Of a stretch of 64,000 nucleotides of DNA, positions 12,730 through 27,460 are shown one piece after another. How positions within the stretch are numbered: position 1 is the first letter of the stretch; each line of letters opens with the position of its first letter. The notes beneath the pieces were generated by a model. That model worked only from the letters and a program-made list of their open reading frames with translations. It did no database searches and was not told where the DNA came from. This DNA comes from the human T2T-CHM13v2.0 reference genome, Homo sapiens. The position numbers were made by a program, and so were the translations under genes. Where the stretch lies: assembly GCF_009914755.1 (NCBI RefSeq), contig NC_060947.1. One strand, given 5' to 3'.

Positions 12730-15700
12730 GTGAAAATGGCAGAGTAAGGACCTCTGAAAATTCACTCCTACATAAAAATAATAAGAACACTGAAAAATGG
12801 TCAGAATCAACATTTTCAGAACTCTGGAAATTAACCAAAGGGTTGCGCTAATCTGGGGAGCATTTATTCAAGAACAATGGCTAAAACTCATTAAGAACTG
12901 CAAAAATTTCTGGCATTTTAACTTTCCATATTCCCATCCCCCTCTCTTCAGCCCCATGGTAGCCTTAAAAAAACCAATAGCCTACAATCAGTGAAAACCA
13001 GCATCCTGACAGCCACCGGAAAGGGTAGAACAGAGTTGAAGCACTCTGCAACATTCCAGAGAATTATCATTATTTGACCTGTCTGTGGTTCCCTGAAAGA
13101 TCACTCTCAAAGCTGTCTTTATTTTACCTGACTTGGAGCTTGCTCAGTATGTAAAGCTTTTTCTTCAGAGAATTTGTCAAAAACAACAGAGGCAATTGTT
13201 GAACCTTGAAGCTGCCTGAGGTGGTACATAGATTGCAATTGAGGTAGACAATAGGCTAAACAAAAAACTTAAATGGAATAACTGGAAAATGAAATGTCCA
13301 TGGGGGCTTCAAAAATTGTAACATGTTTCTGGAAATCTGGAGGGCCATGCACATATATAGGGCTCTTTGCATGCTCAAGAAAAACCTGAGAAGTCTCTAA
13401 CTTTTTATGTCTGACTAACCTCAAGGTGCTCTGCAAATAGGAAGTAAAGGCTAAGGTGGAGTTGTAAACTCTCTGCCTGAGTGTTGAGGGGGTGCCTCAA
13501 CATGCACTCAGAGACCCTCAACAAAGACTAGGAGACTTATTGGTTTCAGACATGTAAGGAAATCTCAATCTAATCATTAGCTAACAGAGTAGAGACTCCA
13601 CTGGCCACACATGACAAGAAATACAGATTTCACTGAATTAGTTTAGAAAAGTCACTAAGCAATCAAGAAACCCTGGGGAGGTAGGAGAAATTGATTTCCA
13701 GAGTTACCACATTATATTATTTTAAATGTCCACTTTTAAATTACGAGGCATGCAAAAGAACAAGAAACTATGGCGTATCCACAGGAAAAATGAGTCAATA
13801 GAAACTATCTTTGAGGAAGCCCAGTTGCTGAGGTTACTGACTTGAAATCAGCTATTTTATAAAGAGCTGAAGGAAACCACATCTAAAGAACTAAGGAAAA
13901 GCATAGAACAATGTCTTACAAGTACAGAACAGAACATCAATAAAGAGATAAAGTATTTAAAAAGAAACTTGCAAGTTGAAAAGTTCAATAACTAAAATAA
14001 AACTTTCAGTCGAGGTGTTCAACAGATTTGGGCAAGCAGAAGAAAGAATTAGTGGACTTGATAATAGACTGATTGAGATAATCTAATCTGAGGAGCAGAA
14101 AAAAAAAAGAAAAACATAGCCTAAGAGACCTGTGGGACACCAGCAGGCATACTAGCATATTCATAATGGGAGTCCTAATAGGAGAAGAGAGAGAAAAGAC
14201 AGCAGAAATAATATTTCTTTTTTTTTTCTTTTTTTTTTTTGAGATGGAGTCTTGATCTGTTGCCCAGGCTGGAGTGCAGTGGCACAATCTTGGCTTATGC
14301 AACCTCTGCCTCCTGGGTTCAAGTGATTCTCCTGCCTCAACCTCCCAAGTTGCTGGGACTACAGGCACCCGCCACCACACCCTGTTAATTTTTGTATTTT
14401 TAGTAGAGGTGGGGTTTCACCATGTTGGCCAGGCTGGTCTCAAACTCCTGACCTCAAGTGATCAGCCTGCCTTGGCCTCCCTAAGTGTTGGGATTACAGG
14501 CGTGAGCCACAGCGCCTGGCCGAATGCTTCAAAATAAAATGGCCAAAAACTTCACAAATTCAATAAAAGATATGAATCTACACATTCGAGAATCCCTATG
14601 AATTCCAAGTTGGATAAACTCAAAGAGATCTACATTTAGACAAACAATAATCAAACTGTCATCATGAAGAGAAACCTTTGAAAGCAGCAATATCATCACA
14701 GATCAGGAATCTCCAATAAGATTAGCAGCAGGTTTCTTATCACAAACCAAGGAGGACAGAAGGCAAAGTGTTGATATATTTGAAGTGCTAAAAGAAAGAG
14801 ACTGTCAACTAAGACACTAAGACTTCTATATCTATCAAAACTATCATTCAAAAGTGAAGGAGAATTTAAGGCATTCCGGATAAATAAAAACAGACAGAAT
14901 TTGTCACTAGCAGACCTGTCCAACAGGAAAAATTAGAGAGTCTTTCAGGCTAAAATGAAAGGACACCAAACTGCTACTCAAAACCATGTAAAGAAATAAA
15001 GAACCCAGGTAAAGATAACTACATAGTTAAACATATATAAAGTATAGCATAAATTTATTTTTTCTTTTTAACTGTTTTTTCTCCTCTTTGATTTAAAAGG
15101 CAATTTCATAAGGCAATAATTGTATGTCTGTATTGATGGGCATGCAATGTTTAATGCTTTAATTTTTATGACAATATCTACACAAATAAGGGTGCATAGA
15201 ATGGAGATAAATTGGAGCAGTGTTTTTTGTATTATGTTGTAATTAAATTGGCATGAATTTGAGCCAGTTTGTTTTAAGTTAAGATGTTAATTGTCATTGC
15301 CAGGGCAACTACTAAGAAAATATCTTAAAAAAATACAGTAAAAGAAATGACAAGAGAATTAAAAGGTACACCAGAAAGTATCTTTTTAACACAAAATAAG
15401 GCAATAATGGATGACTAAAAGAACAAAAAGGCATAAGGCATATAAAAAATAAATTTCAAAATGGCAGACACAAATCCTGCTTGACGAGTAATCGCATTAA
15501 ATATAAGTGAATTAAACAGCATAACGGATTTTTAAAAATGATACAACTGTATCCTGGCCACAAGAGACATACTTTAGATTCAAAGTCACAAATATGTCGA
15601 AAGTTAAAAATGGAAAAAGATATACCATGCAAATAGTAATCAAAAGAGAGCTGGAGAGGCTATTCTAATATCAGACAAAATAGACTTTAAGACAAAATTG

Positions 15701-15825
15701 TTGCTAGAGATAAAGGAATACATTTAATAATAAACAGTGTCAATCCAACAAGAAGATATGAAAATTATAAACATATATGCACCCACGAAGAGAACATCAA
15801 AACACATGAAGCAAAAATTGACAGA
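12730..15825 (+). mobile_element. Old L1M (L1MC/MD-type) 5' UTR, ORF1 and start of ORF2; no 3' end
   Basis: gaaaatggcagagtaaggacctctgaaaatt 5' end; decayed ORF1; ORF2 endonuclease-like start at ~15461 (atggcagac...gaaaaagatataccatgcaaatagtaatcaaaagagagctgga). Confidence 0.8.
14214..14521 (-). mobile_element. AluSx/Sz inserted in L1M
   Basis: Poly-T followed by a full antisense Alu ending gcgcctggcc. Confidence 0.95.
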
Positions 15826-16347
15826 AAAACGTATGTGATGGGAGATATTGTTGTGGCCATCTTTAGAAAATATAATCTGCCACATGCACTAGAAAAATTA
15901 CACTATGTTTAGTATTCACATTATCTTGTTCTAGTAACTCTCATTTAGATATCTGTTATAGAAATTAATGGACTGATTATCCCTCAAATCTCAAGATCAT
16001 TTATTAAGACTTCACATTAGCATCCAGAGGCTGAGGAGGCTGAGGAGTTCATATGATACAGCTCATATAATTTTAAAAAGAAAGTATCCTTTTATCTAGG
16101 CTTTTCATCTTTTATATATAAGCCTGCCTTCCCCTAGAGGTCTAGATATAATGTATTGATAGCCAGCTATTGAGGACTGTAGGTGATTCACTCACCTCCG
16201 ACTTCTAGAGGCAAATTCTTATGGTCAACCAGGAAGCTGAGGCTTCCTTCATTGAACATTTAGAATGCGGTTATTCACCCAACAGTTGATATAGTCCATG
16301 TCATACTCATAAATTGTTCCCACAAGGGGACAGTATATATCAAAACG

Positions 16348-17305
<958 letters not shown>

Positions 17306-18562
17306 GTGGATCAACAGAGTACCAATGTGGAATCCCCATTAATTCTTATCTTTCTTCTTCCCATGATCACATGAGTGAGCTACACAGATGTTGTATATAA
17401 AGCAAACATGAAGATGTCTATGACAAGCGATGGGCATTGCAAATTCAGGGATTTCCCCAACACAGACAGAAAGTCTATGGATTTAATGATTGTTGCATAT
17501 GTGATACAGGTTTTATTATTGCTTCAAAACATTATGTTTCATTATGGAAGGGGGTTGGGCTGTAATCCTGGCTGGAGGATATATGAACTAAGAAAATATT
17601 ACTACATAGATGATTGGGGGAATATGTGAGAAATGAATACATGATATATGTGCACAATTTCAACTTTATTTTTACTGCAGCAGATAATGATAAGATGTAT
17701 TTTCACTGAGCCTGCAGAATTTAAAGGGCTTGTCCAGGGAGATTTTTGAATGTACAGGTTTGGAAAGTTTTCAGAAAATGAATAGAGAAACTTATCTATG
17801 GATGTCCTTTATTGTCCAATCTTCCGTCATTGAAAATAACCCTTTGTCAGGCACTGGTGATAACTATCAAATTGTTAGTCATTCTGTAGCCCCACTAAAG
17901 TAGAAAATCTTTCTGCTCTCAGATGCTGCATCTCTCTAATAGTAGCAGCCTAACCTTGCACCTTGACATGAATCAACTTGTGGCTGGCTTTAAAATACTT
18001 AAGCAAATGCTTATTTGCATTGAATTTTTCATTTCTTTATACTATATCTCCTTGTTGTTCATAAAGTCACATGCTTTAAAACTTTGGTTTGAATGGAAAA
18101 GAAACTTAAAGATACAAAGAGCTGAGGATGATCCCTAACCCACAAAATAAGAATTTTCCATCTCTGCCATTCATTGTGTCATTTTGTCATATTCTCTCTC
18201 TCTGTCTCTCTTTCTCTCTCTCACCCCTCACTCCTTTCCTCCTTCCTTCCCTCTTCAGCCTCCTCCCTTGCCCCTGTTTTAAATATGTATTCCTATCCCA
18301 TTGTAATGCCAAAATGCTTTAGACTGAGCACAACCCTCACTTGAGCTTTTTCCCTTTTATCAGCTAAGCTTGGAATTTTTCAAAGGTTAGATATGATTAC
18401 TTACTGTGAAATACTAAGACAGACCTTCTGGCAATTGTTCTTTCATCCAAATGAAGGGTTGAACTTTCAAACAGTTCATTTACTAGGTACTGCACCTATT
18501 CAAATGAGCCTGCATTAATACAAAAATTTTTGAAACAAAGTTGTTGAGATTGTTTGAAAAAT

Positions 18563-18932
<370 letters not shown>

Positions 18933-19417
18933 TTAGTCACAAATTTATACCTAGGCTTAACTTCTTTCTATGTTTTAGCTTTATCTTTATTCTTCTATCC
19001 TTCCTCTGCTGTGCTGGTGCTGTGGTAGAAATTATCTAGAGGAAGACCTGTATAGGGCAGCGGCAGGGCCTGGCTTAAGATGAGACCTGGAGAGTATTGC
19101 TAATAATTACAATGGGAAATGGAAAGGCTATCTTAGAATATTTTATGTGCTATTCATTGTCATCCTAGGTGCACTGGCTGAGCGCCATCAATTATACACA
19201 TTAATGCAATTAGTCAAGATACAGAAGCTTGTATTCCAAATGAAAATTTCCTACATCTGAGGCATCTGTGTAAAAGGTAAGATGTGCTACATTTCCAAAA
19301 CTGTGTCTAAAATTCTATTTACAATGGGTTACGAACTCAATACCCCTAGAGGCAAGGCAGGTAGACAATGAGGAAATGGTGATAACTATGATAAATTGGG
19401 TGTGTCTGCCCTATCTT

Positions 19418-19721
<304 letters not shown>

Positions 19722-19991
19722 TGTGTCCACCCTATCTTAAGGAGAGAGCCATTCTCCAACCTCTGCCTTTTGTTGCCACACAGATTCTGAGACCACTGTT
19801 GCCTGATCCTGATTCTTGAAAGAGGAAGCAGAAACATGGATTATTTTATTTGAATTCCCCTATATGTAAATGCTTATTCCTTTTTCATACAAATGAAACA
19901 TAATAGACAAGACAAACAAAACACTCCTATAGGCTGGATTTAGCCACTGGATCATTAATATCAAGGTGACCATTAAAATCAAGGGTTCCCA

Positions 19992-20081
19992 TGGGAGACG
20001 GAACTTGCAGTGAGCCGAGATCGCGCCACTGCACTCCAGCCTGGGCGACAGAGCAAGACTCCATCTAAAAAAAAAAAAAAA
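19992..20081 (+). mobile_element. 5'-truncated AluY
   Basis: cttgcagtgagccgagatcgcgccactgc (Y-type, CpGs retained) plus poly-A. Perfect 17-bp TSD aaaatcaagggttccca at 19975-19991 and 20082-20098, at a tt|aaaa site. Confidence 0.92.
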
Positions 20082-20183
20082 AAAATCAAGGGTTCCCAGT
20101 GATCTCGTTTCCCACATTGGTTCTCTCTCTTTTACTAGGTATACATGTTTAGTATACAGACAAGTATTTTCAGTTAGGGATAG

Positions 20184-20222
20184 GTGTGTATGTATATATA
20201 TATATATATATATATGTATATA
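20184..20222. repeat. (TA)n microsatellite
   Basis: gtgtgtatgtatatatatatatatatatatatgtatata. Confidence 0.85.
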
Positions 20223-21027
20223 ATTTGTGCAAGGATGTTATCTTTTGCATGAAAATCAATCTAGGTGTATGAACTGGGCCTGTAAAATTTATTGGAAGTC
20301 AGTAATAAATAAATATGACCACTGTGTTTATTTTACTGTCTTCTGATTAAATTTTGTGTTGACTCTGGGGTAAATTATCTGATATGCTGCAATGGGATAT
20401 TTCCAGGAGACTTATTTGGAAAACCTGATTAGAACCCAGTAGAGGGTAAATGACAGAGTCCAGTGAAAGAAATCATTCTTGGAGGCAGTTGTTTTCACTC
20501 TTCATGACTATTTCTAGAAATAAGCTTTAGGGAAGGATGTTGCCTAACTAGGGCTTACTATAGAGGGATTTTCCTGTTCCTACTGGCAATTTATGTAGTT
20601 ACTATGAATCAGTGGTAGAATTAGATGCATTTGTTGACTGAATCAATTGGAGTTTCTGTTTGTTTTAAATCAGGCATACAATATATCATGCCTTACAATG
20701 ACAATTAAATACAGATTTAGAATCACTGGATTATTAAATGTAAGTGTCATAAGGACAAGTAAAATGCATCGACTTCAGGGATTCCCTGCCAGAAAGTCAT
20801 GCTTACTGGATTCATTGCACAGCCGTATCTGGGACCCGCTCCCCACCACATCCAGCTTGTGCAGGGACAATCCCAGAAAGAAATGTAAAGTGGCTGATTA
20901 CAATTTTGGAGTGTATTTCCTGAGACCCCTTACCCCTTTCTGACCGTGTAATTCATCATTGACGTTAACATAATAATGATGATTGAGGTAATAAAGCCTA
21001 GATCTTTAACATATGAAGTTCAGAGAC

Positions 21028-21300
21028 CATAGCAGAGGCTGCTGGTGCCCTACCATCCCTTCCGTGTTCACCCGGACATGCAAAAGGCTGCTTGCTGCAA
21101 AAACCTGCTACTATTACTCTCTGAGGGCTTTTTTTCCCCTGTGGTCAAAGAGGCAAGCTCTCCTTGTGTCTAGGATAAGGTCCCCAGAAGTAGCCTTTAA
21201 CCAATGACTGATGGGAAGTTGATGGATAAAAACACCCCAACTTCTTTGACTGTCAAATTATGTATCTCTAAGACGTGACTTTGCATTTCCAGCAAGTTCC
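21028..21300 (+). mobile_element. LTR16-family (ERVL) LTR fragment
   Basis: tagcagaggctgctggtgccc start and taaccaatgactgatgggaagttg motif. Confidence 0.55.
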
Positions 21301-22866
21301 CATGTGATGCTTATCCTGCTGGCCAGGGACTACACTGTGAGAGCCACTGTACTAAAGACATTGAGCCACATCAAGGACTGAAGCATTTTAGGATTTGATC
21401 ACGTGTTCTTTTCATAGAATAATTTTCTAAAATCTATTTTTACTTATGCCTCCTACCCACGGAAGTCAATTACTTGAAATAACTTGTAGGGAAAAAAAAC
21501 TTTTCATTTATATTTTATCTTAGCCATTCCCTTACTGTGATTTTGATTTTCTTGCTGTCAAGGTTAACCGTTTTGGTAGGCCTAAACTACCATTAAAAGT
21601 CGTTAGTGGTATAAATTTTCTAATAATTCAGAAAAATTCTATTGTATTATTTGTGAATCTAATTGAGTTAATGAGTTTTATTCTACAAATAATATTTATA
21701 ATAATAGGTCTTTCATAAACATAAGCACAAATTCTTTCATTAGTACATTTTTCCTGTATGTCAACATTTTAAATAAAGTACATATGTGAATTTTATGGCA
21801 TTTTTTCATTTGTGATCATATATTTCTTTAAGGGAAATAGCACATCACTTCAGATTCCTGTTAATTTTACCTGCTGTCATCTCCTACTTAAATGAGTCAT
21901 GTCAAGTATTACGTGCTGCTTCTCCTGACAAGTACCTGAAAGTTGGAGCAATTTTCACACACTCTGTCCTATTCTTCTGTCATAGTTCTTCAATGCATTA
22001 TGGGCAGGAAATGACTTTGACTGATGAGAAGAGTTAGTGGGAGGATGTTCAAATCAAATGGCACTTATCCTTGCCCTCCACCCCCTTATCTCTAAGAACT
22101 CCCCACAGATGGCTTACGTTGTCCTGGGCTGGTTTATGGTATAGCACCATTCTCTGCTAAGCTCTTGAACACCAGCTCATCTGCTTAATTCCAGGTCTTC
22201 TCTATCCGTTCTGGGCTCTCCTATCCTCTTCCCCATTGCTGTGCTTCACTTCTCCCTTTTTTCAAATAAAACTAACATATGGCTTTTGTGTGTGGCCGAT
22301 TTCTAAATCTTGGAAATAACAGGGAAGGGAAAAAATGGTGACAACCCAGCCCAGTACCACAAACTTACAACAGAATATCATGCCACCATGTTCTCAGTTC
22401 TTTAGCTATGCCCGATCACAGAGAATTTCTCCTCAGGCCTCCATATTGCTTATATCTTTGCCTCTTCCTCTTTCTGTCCCCTGCTTTCATCCCTTCCTCC
22501 CTTCTTGCTGGCCTCCCTTCTGGCCACCTTAGTCTCTCTTACTCTGTTTCATGGTGTAATTTGGCTCTCATTCATTTAAAATTTGAGCAAGGGTCCTCAC
22601 ATTTCTCTATGAACAAGTCAGTCAAGGCCCATCATCAAAGTATTTTTCTAAACAAAAGAGCTATCTACCTCTGAGAAGATTTGAATCATTCCCCTAGAGA
22701 GGATGAAGTGACCATAGTCAGTATTGTTTTAAGTACCATTTTAAATTCTCACTACATTTGTTAAAGGGAAGACAATAGGGAGGCTTACTGCTGAGAGTAT
22801 TTTTGTGAATTGACACAGGTTTGGAAAGGAAAACTAAGGTGAATTAGGAAGTGCATTGCTGGCTTA

Positions 22867-23306
22867 TGTTAAAGAAGAAAATGTTTAAGGACTCTTGCTA
22901 AAGATGGTAATGAAGGCTTTATTTGGGGAGACTATTGGCTATAGGTAGAGGAACCACTGCAATGAGGTCTTGAAATGGGGGAAGGAGACTGGGCTTAACT
23001 CTGACTCCAATAAGGCCAAGTGGGGATTTACAACCAAGGAGCAGGTTGAGGGTCAGTGGGTGGAAAATTACTAAAAGGAAACCTCAGGGTAAGGGTGACT
23101 CTTACTAGACCAACTCAACATAACTCCTGCTGAAGGCTGGCCAGGGTGATTTGATATCGAGGATGGGGGATGAGAAATTTGATTATACAAAGTGTGGGGG
23201 ATTTTCAGTAAACTAACTTAGCCCCATTCTTGCTTATACTTGATTCTACAGGGACAAAGAGGGGAGCCCAAGGTCGGAACTAGGTTAAAGGAGGGAGTCT
23301 TTGTTA
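22867..23306 (-). mobile_element. MER31/MER67-group ERV1 solo LTR
   Basis: tgttaaagaagaaaat...ggagtctttgtta termini with a 4-bp TSD ctta (22863-22866 and 23307-23310). Confidence 0.7.
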
Positions 23307-24064
23307 CTTAGAAGTCAGATTCCTCGTTTTAGCTCTGCTTCTGTCTGGCAGTGTGGTCTTTAACAAGCCACTTAATGTCTCCCAGCCTGTGTTTCATTTG
23401 TAAATCGAGAGAATTTGTTCTGTGTCTTTCAAGCTGAAGCATAAGCCTAAACAAAACAAACAAAAATTCACCATGGCTCCTGTTGAAGCAAGGGAGGAGT
23501 CCAGACCTACCCCTTTATTTTTTTCTCTCCCATGGCCTCATCGGCAGAGTTCTGAACACACTAATCTAGATGATTTTCATAAACAATTGTTCCCTGCTTT
23601 TCTGGAGCTTTTTATCAAAATTCAGTTTACTATAAATGCTCCTTATATGTCAAGCAGAAGCCTCTCAGGTGGAAGCCTGAGAAAGGAACTTCCCATGGCC
23701 TGACATAGCTGAGGAATTTTGGAGCATAGTCGTTTCATGTTTATTTATGGATTGTTTATGGCCCTAGGCTAAGCTATAACCAAATCTTCTTACTCACCAT
23801 CCTATGTATTCTTAATATTTAAAAGTCTATCACAGGTCTGGTCTGTTTTGGAAATGATGTACCTGTTGAAAAAGATTTTTTTTTTTCTGGGAAAAGAGTC
23901 TGGGGGCATTTTGATTGAGATTTGACATTTGGCAATAATTGATGAGTATGTTTTTTATCTTAAAATGCCTGTGTAATTGATAATATACTTAAAGAAATCT
24001 ATTACATTAGCAGGTGATTCCATGAAGAAGGCAGAAATCACTTAAACCTCTATAGCAGGAATTT

Positions 24065-24520
24065 GTGACATACCACAAAACTGCCCCAACCCCTTGGGAA
24101 CTTGATTTCCATTCACTTGTGGAGATGAGTCCCCTGCACTTGCCAGACACCCATGCCAAGTGGGCAGTGGGGCAAAAAATGGAGGGTCATTCCATGAATG
24201 CGGGCACAACTGAAAGTAAGTTAACACCTCCAGAGACAATCCTTAGCCAATGGTGAGTAGGAGTAGGTAGAATAATGCCCCAGCCACTCCTACCTTTGAT
24301 GGTATAATTTTGAAGAGCATTGTGTGCAGTTCTTCACAGTATCCTTAAGGAGACTGAGTCTCATTTTTCTATAGAAGTAGAATACATTTGATTTTTTCTT
24401 CCTTTCTCTGTCTCACTTTCTCTATCTCTCACTTTTGCATCCTGGGATTACCTCATAAATACTTATCTGCCTCCAAGTCCTTGCCTCAGGGTCTACTTTT
24501 GGGGGAACCCAAATTAAACT
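24065..24520 (+). mobile_element. LTR16-family (ERVL) solo LTR
   Basis: ccttagccaatgg and 3' ctgggattacctc..aaat..tgcctcagggtctacttttgggggaaccca motifs. Confidence 0.65.
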
Positions 24521-25468
24521 AACTTCCAAAGCTGGTACAACTTCCCATACTAATAATTAAATAGATGGTCGACTGATTTCAAAGCAAAGCTTTTGCATTC
24601 TGCAACTACTCTTAACTTTACATATATGTTATTGTTTCAATAAATTGTACTGTGTTCTTGAGAATACAATCTGAAGCAAAGCAGAGATATAGGTATAGTA
24701 ATTCTATTTTTACAAGAATTATAAATTGAGATAACTGTGAATTATATGATTTTAGAATTTACCTTTTCAGCTTTCATGGAGCAAGTTTGTTGAGGGTTTT
24801 TAATTCAGTAAGAAGAAAAATATGATGTGGTTTTATTTTTTTCTGTTAACTGTCCCCCAACTGTGTCAACACCCCTTTCCCAAAGATTTGATACTAACTT
24901 TATGACATCTTAGTCAGATTTCATGACTCTCATCTTACTTTGTATTCCTGGAAATAATCATTTTATTTCAGAAAATTATTTTCTCCTCAGTGGGATGGGA
25001 GGGAATAATCAGTCTCCATGAACAGCGCCCAAAAGACTGGTGACTTTTCCACCTTCTGCATAGTTCTCCAGTCTTGATGGGAAAGCAGGGTGGTGTTGGT
25101 TGATGATAAGGGTGACACTGTCCTGGCACCTTCCAATAGACCTGATCTCCACTGTTGGTGGCTCACTGAAGACTCAATGAACTTAGAGCGTGTCTTCAAA
25201 TTGGGCCTTAAAATTCCATCTGCATCCTGTTGTGGTATGTTTACTTAATCTTAACAGTAAACAAATTTGTACTTCCTGAGTTCGCATCAGCAAGTCTGTT
25301 GTTAGAAGTCAGTTTGAGTTTTAGAAATTTATTAGGTATGATTTACTCATGAGTAAATGAGAGTTGGCTAAAACAGGTGGAATGACAAAATCAGAAGCAT
25401 CAAAAATCATGGCTACAGTCACCTTATGACTATCCAGAATTAGAAGGCTCTATGCAGAGATTTGAGAA

Positions 25469-26360
25469 ATGGCAACAAATGAAAGTGCCAGCATCTGTAG
25501 TTCAGCATTTGTAGCTGTGGAGTATGTAGATTCACTTTTACCTGACAGTCCTCTGCAAGAACCATTTTAAAATGCTTGGAATTGTATGTTAATAATTATA
25601 CAATGTTCTAGATTGCAACATGGGGATCTGCTATTGTTCATGAAAACTTTTATTTCTTGTTCTTTTTACCTGGGTTTCTATTTCAATTTATACCTTGCCT
25701 TAAAAAGAATAACATTGAAAAATATAAACCAGAGACATAGGAAAACCAACGGAAGTGCTTTAAATTACTTCTCTTTAATCACTTTTGTATCCAGCTGCTT
25801 TTATGTGTGGAACCTATTATTTTACAGAGTATTTCAATATTCTTTATGATTGAAAAAGAATGACAAAATGGTATATGCTTTTGGTAAGGTGCTTTGGCTA
25901 TACTACAGTCTTTGATACTACTTGGCACTATTTCTAAGCCTGCATAGATTCTTTTACCACAAAAAGAATATGTAAATAGATTCATAAAATTCATCATGAG
26001 TTTCAAGCTCCATTTGGAATAGAAGCTGCATATGCACATCCTTTGGAAATTCTAATTCTTGGAACTGGATTTTTCATTGGAATCATGCTTTTGTGTTACC
26101 ATGTAATTAATTCTTCTTTGGACATGGGTGACAATTTATTTGATAGAAACTATTGATGCCCATCGTGGTTATGATATTCCTCTCAAACCTTTAAATCTCA
26201 TCCTTTTCTATGCTGGTTCTCAGCATCATGATTTACACCACATAAACTTCATCAGAAAGTATGCTTCTACATTTTCATGGTGGAATACAATTTTTCGAAC
26301 ACACTTTCAGTTTAATGTTTATAGTGAAAATATGAAGAAGTTTGAGAAAAAGCTGAATAA
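25469..26360 (+). pseudogene. MSMO1: Processed pseudogene of MSMO1/SC4MOL (methylsterol monooxygenase 1); the symbol given is the parent gene. UTR-like homology probably extends to about 25420-26560
   Basis: ATG at 25469 reads [33 protein letters not shown]; MSMO1 begins [34 protein letters not shown]. Downstream frames give [28 protein letters not shown] and [32 protein letters not shown] (His boxes), ending FEKK..E-TAA at 26360. The whole CDS spans 892 bp without introns, with a TAA at codon 34 and several frameshifts. Confidence 0.95.
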
Positions 26361-26835
26361 ATATCTCATATAAACCTTTCTGAAGATATACATTTTCCTG
26401 AATTGAAACTAGTAGCTAACATTGCTTCTGGGGAGCAGAAATAAGCATGTGTCTTGGTTGCTAAGTGATAAAAGGAATATTGATAACCTCTAATTATCTT
26501 CCTAGTGGAGACTTTTTCTACTTTACACACAGATTCCGTATATGTAGGAATACATGGATAATAAGTATTTCCTGCAAAACTGGTCCCCTCTTCATCACCT
26601 CATTGCCTTACTCTCTCTCTTGCCCCACTTTCTTCTCTCCCTCATTTCCTCCTCTCCTTAAACTTTCCTCTTTCATTCACTGTCCCTTATTTCTCCCTCA
26701 CTTCTGAGGGGCCAAATTGATTGTCTTCATATTATAAGGCTCACCCTTTTCTTGATAATCTCTGGTCAATCAGCTTCATTCAGTTATTGCTTTGTGAACA
26801 TTCCTGTGCATCGTAAGACATTTCCTATTTCCATC

Positions 26836-27200
26836 TGATATGGTTTGGCTCTGTGTCCCTACCAAAATCTCACCTCAAATTGTAATCCCCACGTGTCGGA
26901 GGAGGGACATGGTGGGAGGTGATTGGATCATGGCGGAAGTTTCCCTCATGCTGTTCTCGTGATATTGAGTGAGTTCTCACAAGAACTGATGGTTTAAAAG
27001 GATGTGGCTTTCTTTGCTCTCTCTATCTCTCCTGCCACCATGTAAGACATGCCTTGCTTCCCCTTCACCCTCTGCCATGATTGTAAGTTTCCTGATGCCT
27101 CCCCAGCCATGCGGAACTGTGAGTCATGTAAACCTCTTTCCTTTATAAATTACACAGTCTCAGGTACTTCTTTATAGCAGTGTGAAAATGGACTAATACA
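26836..27200 (+). mobile_element. THE1 (THE1C/D-like) MaLR solo LTR
   Basis: tgatatggtttggctctgtgtccc...ggactaataca with a perfect 5-bp TSD ccatc. Confidence 0.93.
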
Positions 27201-27309
27201 CCATCAGAAAACTGATATCATTTTAGCTAAGATTTACATCTTTTTGGGCGCTGTGTTCTGGCCACTCTTTCTCTGTTGGGTAGAAGAAATAGAAACTGCA
27301 TAGATTTGG

Positions 27310-27460
27310 CAGACAGACTTTGGTGTAGATCCTAATTTTCCCACTTTGTAAGTTTGGCTAAGCTAGTTATTTTTTTCCATATTCAGTTTCCTCACATTAA
27401 GTGAGGCTAATAATAGCCACCTTGAAGGATTTTTGTGAGATTAAATAAGATGAACTATTT
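27310..27460 (+). mobile_element. MIR fragment
   Basis: cagtttcctcac...taataatagccacc..gtgagattaaataagat. Confidence 0.6.

Larger units (their letters stand above)
12215..15884 (-). mobile_element. MLT1H-like LTR split by an L1 (parts ~12215-12729 and ~15820-15884)
   Basis: The left part ends at gtcacattg. The right part is gtatgtgatgggagatattgttgtggccatctttagaaaatataatctgccaca, the reverse complement of the MLT1H start. Confidence 0.75.

Noticed and set aside
17681-17757. Possible exon (tttttactgcag|...CAG|gtttgg)
   Set aside because: The donor is weak, all frames are closed and there is no other support.
26128-26373. 81-aa ORF with an HHDLHH His box as a functional gene
   Set aside because: It is a residual frame of the MSMO1 pseudogene, with a GTG start and upstream stops and frameshifts.
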